From an uncultured Chloroflexia bacterium (lineage in GTDB: Bacteria; Chloroflexota; Chloroflexia; QHBQ01; JAICKM01): a stretch of 64,000 bases of DNA. Positions 38,251 through 46,539 of this stretch are shown here, piece after piece. Where the stretch lies: the NCBI GenBank assembly GCA_963784695.1, contig CAWARZ010000006.1, positions 979,647 to 1,043,646 on the forward strand, written 5' to 3'. Made by a program: the position numbers and the translations under genes. Below the pieces are notes generated by a model. That model was not told the origin of the DNA. It worked only from the letters and a program-made list of their open reading frames with translations, and ran no database searches. Position 1 is the stretch's first letter. Each line of letters opens with the position of its first letter.

Positions 38251-39656
38251 GCGCCGCGGACCGCTGGCCGGCCGGCCTGAACCTCGGCTCGACGGCCGCG
38301 ATCATCGCGGCGTACAACGACATGCTCGACGCCGACCACGCGCTGGCGCGCACCTCGGCCGACGCGCTGGCGGCCGGGTCGGTCCGCGACAAGCTCACGT
38401 TCGGCGGGCAGCCGTTCCTGCGCACGCTGCGGCCGCGCTTCCTGACGCCGCGCCAATATGGCTACATGCAGCACACCTGCAACACCCTGGCGGGCGCGCT
38501 GACCCGGCTGCGCGAGGCCTGCCTGGCCGACCCGGCGCTGCTCGCGCGCCTCGACCTGACCGAGGAGGAGCGGCGGCTGGCGCTGGCCGACCCCGGCTTC
38601 TCGGAGCCCTCGCCCAGCATCCGCATGGACAGCTTCTGGTCGGATGCCGAGTGGCAGTTCGTCGAGTGCAACGGCGAGTCGCCCGCGGCGATCGCCTATG
38701 ACGACGTGGGCTCCGACCTGTTCCTGCAGCTGCCCAGCGTGCGCAAGTTCCAGGAGCAGTACAACCTGCAGCCGATCTACAGCCTCGACCGCTTTATGGA
38801 GGAGATCACGCGGCAGTACGCCGAGTTCCGCACGAACCGCGGGCCCGCCGACTTCCCCGCGCGGCCACGCATCGCCATCGTCGATTGGGCGGGGGTGCCG
38901 ACCTCCACGGAGTTCGAGCTCTTCCAGGACTACTTCGCGCGCCAGGGCCTGGAGTGCATCATCTGCACGCCCGAGTCGTGCGAGTATTCCGGCGGACGCC
39001 TGCGCTCCGGCAATTTCACCATCGACCTGTTCTACAAGCGCGTGCTGACCAGCGAATTGCTGGCCCAGCCCGCGGTGGCCGCGCCCATCACGCAGGCGTA
39101 CCTCGACGGCCGCGTGATGGTCATGAACGCGTTCCAGGCCAAGATCCTGCACAAGAAGATGAGCTTCGCGCTGCTCCATGACGACGCGAACTACGGCCTC
39201 TTCACACCCGAGCAGGTCGCCGTGATCCGCCGCCACATCCCCTGGACGCGCAAAGTCGCCCCCGGCCAGACCAGCTACGCGGGCGGCATAGTCGACCTGC
39301 TGCCGTTCATCCGCGACCACCGCGACCGCCTCGTCCTGAAGCCGAACGACGAGTACGGGGGCAAGGGAGTGTACATCGGCTGGACGTTGAGTCAGGGCGA
39401 GTGGGAGACCGCGCTGGAGGATGCCCAGCGGTCGTCGTTCGTCGTGCAGGAGCGGGTCACGCTGCAGACCGAGCCGTTCCCCTACCTGACCGACAACGGC
39501 GGCATCGAGATCGCCGAGCTCGCGGCCGACACGGATCCGTACATCTATCATCACGACACGCAGGGCGTGCTGACCCGCCTCTCGGCCGCGCCGCTGCTGA
39601 ACGTCACCGCGGGCACCGGCTCGGTGACGTGCACGATGATCGCCGAGCCGCGCTGA
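38247..39656 (+). CDS. circularly permuted ATP-grasp type 2 protein (glutathionylspermidine-synthase-like amidoligase)
   Basis: This is the last 469 aa of track ORF 37146..39656. The ATG at 38247 overlaps the upstream stop (ATGA). FVECNGESPAAIAY, DLFYKRVLTSELL, AFQAKILHKKMSFALL and LVLKPNDEYGGKGVYIGW match the CP_ATPgrasp_2 pattern. Confidence 0.78.
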   Translation: MSAADRWPAGLNLGSTAAIIAAYNDMLDADHALARTSADALAAGSVRDKLTFGGQPFLRTLRPRFLTPRQYGYMQHTCNTLAGALTRLREACLADPALLARLDLTEEERRLALADPGFSEPSPSIRMDSFWSDAEWQFVECNGESPAAIAYDDVGSDLFLQLPSVRKFQEQYNLQPIYSLDRFMEEITRQYAEFRTNRGPADFPARPRIAIVDWAGVPTSTEFELFQDYFARQGLECIICTPESCEYSGGRLRSGNFTIDLFYKRVLTSELLAQPAVAAPITQAYLDGRVMVMNAFQAKILHKKMSFALLHDDANYGLFTPEQVAVIRRHIPWTRKVAPGQTSYAGGIVDLLPFIRDHRDRLVLKPNDEYGGKGVYIGWTLSQGEWETALEDAQRSSFVVQERVTLQTEPFPYLTDNGGIEIAELAADTDPYIYHHDTQGVLTRLSAAPLLNVTAGTGSVTCTMIAEPR

Positions 39657-39689
39657 TCGCGGACGACGCCCCGCAGAAGGAGGCCCGCC

Positions 39690-40868
39690 ATGGCCGACGA
39701 AGGTGGACTGTTCAGCATCGGGATCGAGGAAGAGTTTCAGATCGTCGACCCGCCGAGCGGCGACCTGCGCGCGCATATCCAGGAGCTCATGCAGCACGCC
39801 GGGCAGCACACGCTCGGCGAACAGATCAAGCCCGAGATGCTGCAGTCGATGGTCGAGACGATCAGCCGGATCTGCCTGAACATCGACGAGGCGCGCGCCG
39901 AGGTCTACAAGCTGCGGCGCACCATCTCCGACCTGGCGAACCGGGCGGGGCTGGCCATCGTCGCCTCGGGCACGCACCCCTTCTCGCATTGGCAAAGCCA
40001 ACTCATCACGCCGAACGAGCGCTACAAGATGCTCGAAGAGGACCTGCAGGACGTCGTGCGCTCGATCCTGATCTTCGGGCTGCACGTGCACGTGGCCGTG
40101 CCGGGTAACGACCTGCGGGTCGAGATCATGAACGAGGCGCGCTACTTCCTGCCGCACATGCTGGCGCTGTCCACCTCGTCGCCCTTCTGGCTGGGGCGCT
40201 TCACGGGCCTGAAGAGCTACCGCACGGTCGTCTGGTCGCAGTTCCCGCGCACCGGTATTCCCAGCCAGTTCGAGTCGTGGAGCCACTACGAGAACTTCGT
40301 CGACGTGCTGGTGAAGACGAACTGCATCGACAACGCGAAGAAGATCTGGTGGGACGTCCGCCTGCACCCCTTCTACCCGACGATCGAGTTCCGCGTCTGC
40401 GACATGCCGGTGACCGCCGACGAGACGATCTGTCTCGCGGCGCTGTTCCAGGCGATTGTCGCCAAGCTTTACAAGCTGCGGACGCGAAACCTGGGCTTCC
40501 GCCGCTACGACCGCGCGCTGATCCAGGAGAATAAGTGGCGCGCGATGCGCTACGGCATCGACGGCAAGCTGATCGACCTGGGCAAGCGCGAGGAGGTGCC
40601 GATGCGCGACCTCGCGCTCGAGCTCCTCGAGTTCGTGGACGACGTGGTCGACGAATTGGGCAGCCGCGATGCGGTCAACTACGTGCACACGATCCTGGCC
40701 GAAGGCACGGGCGCCGACCGCCAGCTCCAGGTCTTCCGCGAGACGGGCGACGTGAAGAAGGTGGTGGAGTACCTGGTGCACAACACGATGCGCGGCGTGC
40801 CCTACGCCGAGGAGCTCGGGCTGCCCCCGCCCGACATGACGCCAATCCAGCTGCCGCCGGTGCCGTGA
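39690..40868 (+). CDS. carboxylate-amine ligase, YbdK / GCS2 (glutamate--cysteine ligase family 2)
   Basis: Track ORF 39690..40868 with an AAGGAGG RBS. FSIGIEEEFQIVDPPSGDL, GTHPFSHW, IFGLHVHVAV, LALSTSSPFWLG and WWDVRLHPFYPTIEFRVCD are the conserved GCS2 blocks. Confidence 0.9.
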   Translation: MADEGGLFSIGIEEEFQIVDPPSGDLRAHIQELMQHAGQHTLGEQIKPEMLQSMVETISRICLNIDEARAEVYKLRRTISDLANRAGLAIVASGTHPFSHWQSQLITPNERYKMLEEDLQDVVRSILIFGLHVHVAVPGNDLRVEIMNEARYFLPHMLALSTSSPFWLGRFTGLKSYRTVVWSQFPRTGIPSQFESWSHYENFVDVLVKTNCIDNAKKIWWDVRLHPFYPTIEFRVCDMPVTADETICLAALFQAIVAKLYKLRTRNLGFRRYDRALIQENKWRAMRYGIDGKLIDLGKREEVPMRDLALELLEFVDDVVDELGSRDAVNYVHTILAEGTGADRQLQVFRETGDVKKVVEYLVHNTMRGVPYAEELGLPPPDMTPIQLPPVP

Positions 40869-41232
40869 TCGCCGCGGGCCGGGAGGGGCACGGATCAGGG
40901 CGCCGGAGGCGAGCCGGCTGCGGCACGGCCAGCAAGGCGGCCAGCCAGGCTTCGTCCAGGAGGACTTTCTGGCGCGCCGACCGCCACAACTGCCGGATGG
41001 TGTCCGCGGCACCCACCGCGGGAAACGCCTGCTGCTCGACCGCCAGGACGATAAACGCGCGGAGGTGGCCGGCGCTGGGAACCTTGTCGCTCAGTTCCCA
41101 GGCGCCGGCCGTGCGCCGCGACACGCCCAGGCGCGCGGCCAGCCCCGCTTGCGTCAGCCCGATCGCGGTCCGCAGGGTCAGCATGACGCGTCCGAACTCG
41201 TGGGCCCCTGCCTCGTCTGTGAACCGCCCCAT
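40675..41232 (-). CDS. XRE-type HTH protein, probably an N-terminal fragment of a larger signal-transduction ATPase-type regulator
   Basis: Track ORF 40675..41301, start at MGRFTDEAGAHEFGRVMLTLRTAIGLTQAGLAARLGVSRRTAGAWE. After ...QKVLLDEAWLAALLAVPQP the sequence becomes Arg/Pro/Ala-rich and overlaps the 3' end of the convergent GCS2 gene by about 190 nt, so the true end is uncertain. Confidence 0.45.
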   Translation of the reverse strand: MGRFTDEAGAHEFGRVMLTLRTAIGLTQAGLAARLGVSRRTAGAWELSDKVPSAGHLRAFIVLAVEQQAFPAVGAADTIRQLWRSARQKVLLDEAWLAALLAVPQPARLRRPDPCPSRPAAITAPAAAGLASCRAGAARAPRRRARRASCCAPGTPPPSSRRPSRGRPGAGGRRPCLRPGSCARS

Positions 41233-41412
41233 GCGCGTGCCTCCCGCCTCGCCCCGCGACGGAGGGGCCGTGTTGGCACCCGATAGTAACCGAAGTGGCA
41301 ACCGGTGGCTGCTGATTCGCGGGTACTCCGCAAGTATACTCGAGATATCAGCCCGCGGACACGCGAGCGCGTGCCGCCAGACGACGGCACGTCACCCACA
41401 GGAGGAACGACG

Positions 41413-42399
41413 ATGGAGAACGAAACGATGCAGGCCGCGTACCTGCCGCGGCGCGGCGGCGCCGAGGACCTGCGCTACGGCACCGTGCCGCGCCCGGTCC
41501 CGGCTACGGGCGACGTGCTGGTGCAGGTCTACGCCGCGACCGTCATGCCGACGGAACCGGGCTGGCGGGAAACCTGGGAAACCGAGGCGGGTGTGCCGCT
41601 CCCCGTCCCTCGCATCCTGGGCCACGAATTTTCGGGGCGCGTGGCGGCGCTGGGTGCTGGGGTCCGGGACCTGGCCGTCGGCGACGCGGTCTACGGCATG
41701 AACGACTGGACCCGCCCGGGCGCCCAGGCGGAGTATTGCCTGACCCGCCCGGAACAGATCGCGGCGCGGCCGGCCACGGCCGGGGATGCCGAGGCCGCGG
41801 TGACGCCGATCTCCGCGCTGACCGCTTGGCAGGCCCTCGTGGTGCACGGCAACCTATCCGCCGGGCAGCGCGTGCTGATCCACGGTGGCGCCGGCAGCGT
41901 CGGCTCGTTTGCGGTCCAGTTGGCACACAGCCTTGGCGCGCAGGTGATCGCCACCGCCGCGGCCGCAAGCGGCGAGTTCGTCCGGGGGCTGGGTGCCGAC
42001 GAGGTGATCGACTACGCGCGCACGCCCTTCGAATCCGCCGTGCGCGACGTGGATCTGGTGCTGGATACGATCGGCGGGGAGACCCAGGCGCGCTCCTGGG
42101 CGACGCTGCGGCCCGGCGGGCTGCTCGTCTCGGTCGTGCACCCGCCCGATCCGGCGCAGGCAAGCGCGCATGGCGTCCAGGGCGTCTTCTTCATCGTCGC
42201 GGCCGACGCAGCTCAGCTGCGCGCGATCGCGCAGATGATCGACAATCATGAGCTCCGGCCGTTGGTCGCCGCAACGTTTCCCTTGGCCGAGGCGCGCGCG
42301 GCTTTCGCCTTCGCGGCGCACGGCGGGCAGCGCGGGAAGACGGTCCTGCGCGTGGCGGGCGGTCAACAAGCCGCGCCCGGGCCGGCAACGGCTCACTAG
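41413..42399 (+). CDS. NADPH:quinone oxidoreductase / zinc-type alcohol dehydrogenase-like (MDR superfamily)
   Basis: Track ORF 41305..42399, ATG 41413 behind GGAGGAA. GDVLVQVYAATV...GHEFSGRVAALG...GDAVYG and the Rossmann motif VLIHGGAGSVGSFAVQLA are present. Confidence 0.85.
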   Translation: MENETMQAAYLPRRGGAEDLRYGTVPRPVPATGDVLVQVYAATVMPTEPGWRETWETEAGVPLPVPRILGHEFSGRVAALGAGVRDLAVGDAVYGMNDWTRPGAQAEYCLTRPEQIAARPATAGDAEAAVTPISALTAWQALVVHGNLSAGQRVLIHGGAGSVGSFAVQLAHSLGAQVIATAAAASGEFVRGLGADEVIDYARTPFESAVRDVDLVLDTIGGETQARSWATLRPGGLLVSVVHPPDPAQASAHGVQGVFFIVAADAAQLRAIAQMIDNHELRPLVAATFPLAEARAAFAFAAHGGQRGKTVLRVAGGQQAAPGPATAH

Positions 42400-42489
42400 C
42401 GACCGCTCCCGCGGCCAGCCGGGAGCAGCGATCCCCCGGGAGCCACGCTGGAGAGCCCGGCGCCGGTGGCACGATAAGGAGTTAGTACG

Positions 42490-43327
42490 ATGAGCAAGAC
42501 GCTGAGCAAGACGATCTTGTTCATTCACGGAGCCTGGCTGAACTAGCTCTCCTGGGAGAATTTCCTGGGCTACTTCGCCGCTCGCGGCTACACCTGCATG
42601 GCGCCCGAATGGCCGTACCGCGACAAGCCGGCCGCCGAGCCGCGCGAAAACACGCCCCCCGAACTCGCGCAGATCGGCCTCAAGGAGCTGACGGACCACT
42701 ATGACGTGATCGTTCGCGCGCTGCCGGAACCGCCGATCCTGATCGGGCACTCCTTCGGCGGGCTGATCACCCAGCAACTACTGGATCGGGGGCTGGGCGA
42801 GGCCGGCGTCGCCCTCGAACTCGGCGGCGCCGGAGGGCGTGCTCGCCGTCGACTGGGACGTGCTGCGCTCGAACGCCGCCTCGCTGCTCGCCTGGATAGG
42901 CTGGGAGCGGGTGGTCCACATGACCTTCCCGCAGTTCCAGTTCGCCTTCGTCAACACCTTGCCGGAAGAGGAGAAGCGCGCCTGCTACGACAGGTATTTG
43001 GTGCCGGAGACTGGGCGGATCTTCTTCCAGGCCGCCTTCGCGTCGCTCGACCCCCACCAAGCGCTGCACGTCAACTTCAAAAACGATAATCGCGCGCCGC
43101 TCCTGCTGGTCGCGGGGGAGCTGGACCATATCGTGCCGGCGCACGTTGTCCGGGCCAACTACGCGCACTACAGCCAGGCGACGGCGCGCACCGACTTCCG
43201 GGAGTTCCCCAGGCGGGCCCACCTACTGGTGGCGCAGGAGGGCTGGGAGGAGATCGCGGGTTTCGTCGCCGAGTGGCTGGCCGAAGTCGCGTCGCCACCG
43301 GCCCCGGCTGCGCTGGCCGGCGTGTAG
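42490..43327 (+). pseudogene. alpha/beta hydrolase with an in-frame TAG (42544-42546) and a frame change near 42817-42821
   Basis: Translation from the ATG at 42490 gives MSKTLSKTILFIHGAWLN*LSWENFLGYFAARGYTCMAPEWPYRDKP, continuing in ORF 42598..43089 (ILIGHSFGGLITQQLL nucleophile elbow). The frame then shifts at GVAL|(D)SAAPEGVLAVDWD into ORF 42839..43327 (…LLLVAGELDHIVPAH…). Confidence 0.75.
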
Positions 43328-43373
43328 CCGCGCCGGATCCGCGGCGGCGGTGCGGCGCAACCCGAATCGCGAC

Positions 43374-43398
43374 GGGCCGGGAGGCATCCTCCCGGCCC
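43374..43398. terminator. perfect 11-bp hairpin GGGCCGGGAGG-CAT-CCTCCCGGCCC between convergent genes
   Basis: It lies between the hydrolase pseudogene stop (43327) and the aminotransferase stop (43423). Confidence 0.55.
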
Positions 43399-43422
43399 GT
43401 GCGTGTTCCCAGCAGCGGCCTG

Positions 43423-44592
43423 CTAGCTGAGCAGCCGTGCTGTCGCTTTGGCGATCCGATCGAGCGCCGCCTGCAGGTTCTCCTGCGAGTTCGCGAAGCT
43501 GATGCGGATGTAGCCCTCGCCGAAGCGGCCGAAGGCCGTGCCGGGCAGCACCGCCACGTCGGCCTCGGTCAGCAGGTAATCGGCGTAGGTCCGGCTGTCC
43601 ATGCCCGTCCCCGAGATGTTGGGGAAGGCGTAGAAGGCGCCCTGGGGCATGACGCAGCTGAGGCCGGGGATCTCGTTCAGCGCGGGGATGACCAGCGCGC
43701 GGCGCTTGCGGAACTCCTCGACCATCGCCTCCATCGGCTCGGCCGGGCCGGTGAGCGCGGCTACGGCGGCCTTCTGGCTGAACGACGAGGTGCACGAGAC
43801 CGAGTTGATGATCAGCCGGGTCACGTGGGGCACGAGCGGCCCGGGGAAGAGGCCGTAGCCCAGCCGCCAGCCGGTCATGGCGTAGGTCTTCGAGAAGCCG
43901 TCGAGCAGGATCGTGCGTTCCTGCATGTGCGGGAACTCGAGCACGCTGTGGTGGCGACCTTCGTAGATGATGTCGCTGTAGATCTCGTCGGACAGCACCA
44001 CCAGATCATGCTTCACGGCGAGCTCGGCGATGCCGGCGAGGGTCTCGCGCGGCAGGGCGCGGCCCGTCGGGTTGCCGGGGCTGTTCAGGATGATCAAGCG
44101 CGTGCGGTCCGAGATCAGCGCCTCCAGGTCGGCCACGCTGAAGTTGAAGCCCCGGCTCTCGGTGAGCTGCAGCGGGATGGCCTCCCCGCCGATGAAGTTG
44201 ATCATGCTCTCGTAGATCGGGAAGCCGGGGTTCGGGTAGATCACCTGGTCGCCGGGCTCGATCAGCGCCATGATGGCGTAGAACATGATGGGCTTGCCGC
44301 CCGGGGTGACGATGACGTGCGCGGGGTCAACCTCGATGCCGCGCTTGGCGCCGATGTGCGCCGCGAGGGCTTGCCGCAGCTCGGGCAGACCGGCGGCGGG
44401 CCCGTAGTGCGTGTAGCCCGCCTCCAGCGCCTCGACCGCGGCCTGCCGGATGAATTCCGGTGTGTCGAAATCGGGCTCGCCGATCTCCAGGTGGATGATC
44501 GGCTTGCCCTGCGCCTGCAGGGCGCGCGCCCGATCGGCCACCTCGAACGCACTCTCCGTCCCCAGGCGATGCATCCGCTCGGCTAACTTCAT
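43423..44592 (-). CDS. pyridoxal-phosphate-dependent aminotransferase, class I/II (aspartate/aromatic type)
   Basis: Track ORF 43423..44592 (389 aa). IHLEIGEPDFDTP, NPGNPTG and the PLP-lysine block GFSKTYAMTGWRLGY are present. Confidence 0.9.
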   Translation of the reverse strand: MKLAERMHRLGTESAFEVADRARALQAQGKPIIHLEIGEPDFDTPEFIRQAAVEALEAGYTHYGPAAGLPELRQALAAHIGAKRGIEVDPAHVIVTPGGKPIMFYAIMALIEPGDQVIYPNPGFPIYESMINFIGGEAIPLQLTESRGFNFSVADLEALISDRTRLIILNSPGNPTGRALPRETLAGIAELAVKHDLVVLSDEIYSDIIYEGRHHSVLEFPHMQERTILLDGFSKTYAMTGWRLGYGLFPGPLVPHVTRLIINSVSCTSSFSQKAAVAALTGPAEPMEAMVEEFRKRRALVIPALNEIPGLSCVMPQGAFYAFPNISGTGMDSRTYADYLLTEADVAVLPGTAFGRFGEGYIRISFANSQENLQAALDRIAKATARLLS

Positions 44593-44669
44593 GGTTTGTG
44601 CTCTCCTTTGAACACGCGGTGGGCCGGCCGGAACCGGCGTGCCTAGCCGCGGCCGATCGCCGCGGCGTC

Positions 44670-45410
44670 TCAGGGTTTAGTCGCGGTGACCACGATCTCC
44701 TGCGCCGGCTTCTGGCCGTCCGTGGTGGCCAGGTAGAGTGCATGCTGTGCCGCACCGGGGTCGCTGGGGTCCTGGGCCGGGTCATAGCGCAGGGTCAGCT
44801 GGGTGCGCGTGCCGGGCCGCAGCTTGGAGGCATCCGCCTGCGCGGTCAGGCACGGGCAGTCGCTGGCTAGCTGCAGGAGGACGAGGTCGGCGCCGCCGCT
44901 GTTCGCCAGGGTCACGGACTGAGTGACCACGCCGCCCGCGCTCACCGCGTCGAAAGCGACCGTGGATGCGGACAGATCCATGTGCGCCTGCGGGATCTGG
45001 GGCGGCAGCTTCTCGGGCTGCCGGATCTGGGCGGTGTCGGTCACGACGACGGCCGTGATGACGGCGCGGGGTGCCGCACTGCCGTTCTGCAGCGCGTCGG
45101 GGGCGGGCGAGGTCGGCGAGGCGACCGGGCTCATCGGCAGCGGCGTATCGTCGACGGGCGGCACCGGCAGCTGGGCCAGCGCGGTGGGCGTGGCCGTGGC
45201 CGCGGGCAGCGGGGCCGCGGCGTTATTGGCGTTCATCTGGCGCACGCCGTAGACGATGAAACCAAAGAGGAGCACGCCCAGGGTGGCGTAGGCGATGAAG
45301 TAGAAGCCGAAGCGATCGGACGAGCCGGTGCGCCCGCCCCGCTGCGGGGCCGCGGCCCGCCGGGCCGCGCCGCTCGGGCGCCGAGCCGGCGGGGTCTTCG
45401 AGTTACTCAT
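44670..45410 (-). CDS. DUF1573-like (PapD/ASH-type Ig fold) membrane-anchored protein
   Basis: Track ORF 44670..45446, start at ATG 45410 (MSNSKTPP). It has one TM segment (FGFYFIAYATLGVLLFGFIVYGV), a Pro/Ala linker, and then FDAVSAGGVVTQSVTLANSGGADLVLLQLASDCPCLTAQ...KLRPGTRTQLTLRYDP, which is typical of DUF1573. Confidence 0.6.
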   Translation of the reverse strand: MSNSKTPPARRPSGAARRAAAPQRGGRTGSSDRFGFYFIAYATLGVLLFGFIVYGVRQMNANNAAAPLPAATATPTALAQLPVPPVDDTPLPMSPVASPTSPAPDALQNGSAAPRAVITAVVVTDTAQIRQPEKLPPQIPQAHMDLSASTVAFDAVSAGGVVTQSVTLANSGGADLVLLQLASDCPCLTAQADASKLRPGTRTQLTLRYDPAQDPSDPGAAQHALYLATTDGQKPAQEIVVTATKP

Positions 45411-45588
45411 GACGGAAGGCTGCTCTTTCGTAGCCGGCCGGGGCAAGGCCGCGGCCGAGATGGTGTCGTACAGGTAGAACGCGACACGAGCGCCGGGAGT
45501 TCCGGCGCCCGCAGGGGTCGACGATCCGATGGGCCATTATACCGGAGCGCGCGGCGCGGGGCAAGGCCGAGCAGGGAGCGCCGGCGGA

Positions 45589-46191
45589 TCAGGGCGGCGG
45601 GGCGGCGGCAGCGCGCACGCGCGCCTCCTCGATCGCCAGCCGTGCCTTTGCGGCGGGGAGCACGGTTTCCGCCGACAGGTCTGGATCATTCAGGATCTGG
45701 TAGAGGAAGCTGTAGCCGGAGTTCCAGCTCAGCACATCCGTTTCGGGATCCTCCATGTACTCGATAATGCCACGCAGAAGCAGCGGATTGATTGGGCGAT
45801 CCTCCAAGCGAGCCATCACTAGCCACATCCCAGCAGAACCGAAGGCAGCGCCCCTTGCCCAATCATCGCGGTCCCAGTGCTGTCCCTGCATCAGGGCGTA
45901 GAGTTGCGGTGCGTAGCGATCGGTCAGGCGCCAGGTGCCGCACAGGATGTTGATTGCGGTAACCACTACGTGGGCGTGCGTGCTCCCAAGGAAGGGCTCC
46001 ACGACCGGTGCGTAGGCTCGCGTGCGGGCCGCATACCGGATTACCTGGAGCAGGAGATCCTGCGCCAGTGGATCTGCCGTCGATTGCAGTTCCGCCACCA
46101 GAGCCCGGACTTCGTCTGGCGATACCTGGCCCCCGCGCGCGCGCGACTTCAGTTCGCTCAGTTCCTCCAGTCGGCCCCTCATCTTTGACAT
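45589..46191 (-). CDS. hypothetical helical-repeat protein in a visibly lower-GC patch
   Basis: Track ORF 45589..46278. Start at ATG 46191 or 46182 (MSKMRGRLEELSELK...). Composition is normal rather than shadow-frame-like. No family recognised. Confidence 0.5.
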   Translation of the reverse strand: MSKMRGRLEELSELKSRARGGQVSPDEVRALVAELQSTADPLAQDLLLQVIRYAARTRAYAPVVEPFLGSTHAHVVVTAINILCGTWRLTDRYAPQLYALMQGQHWDRDDWARGAAFGSAGMWLVMARLEDRPINPLLLRGIIEYMEDPETDVLSWNSGYSFLYQILNDPDLSAETVLPAAKARLAIEEARVRAAAAPPP

Positions 46192-46539
46192 CTCCAATGC
46201 CCCGCAAAGCACCGCCGCGGCGACAAGCGGCCTCCCCGCAGCAGGGGCAGACCAGGGTGTCGTCGTCCATGGGGTCATCCTACCGCGGATCGCGGCCCGT
46301 GGTCAACCGCCGTTCTCCGTACTTCCCGGGCCCGAATGGACGATCTCTTGACGATCTGTTGACGACCTATCGGTACACTGAGGCCCAACGTCCACCGGGT
46401 TATTGCACCGGGGCACGAGGCACGGCCGGTCTCACGCCCCACGCGCCCGGCAGCGCCGCGGCCGGCGTGCCGCAGCGACGTCTTCCCGCCACCCTACCCG
46501 CGCTGCGCTCGCCTCGAGCGCAGAAAGGAGAATCGCGCG

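Noticed and set aside
42544-42546. In-frame TAG as pyrrolysine or other programmed recoding
   Set aside because: There is no pyl gene or recoding signal in view, the same gene also carries a frameshift, and the lineage suggested by gene content is not known for Pyl decoding. A nonsense mutation is the simplest reading.
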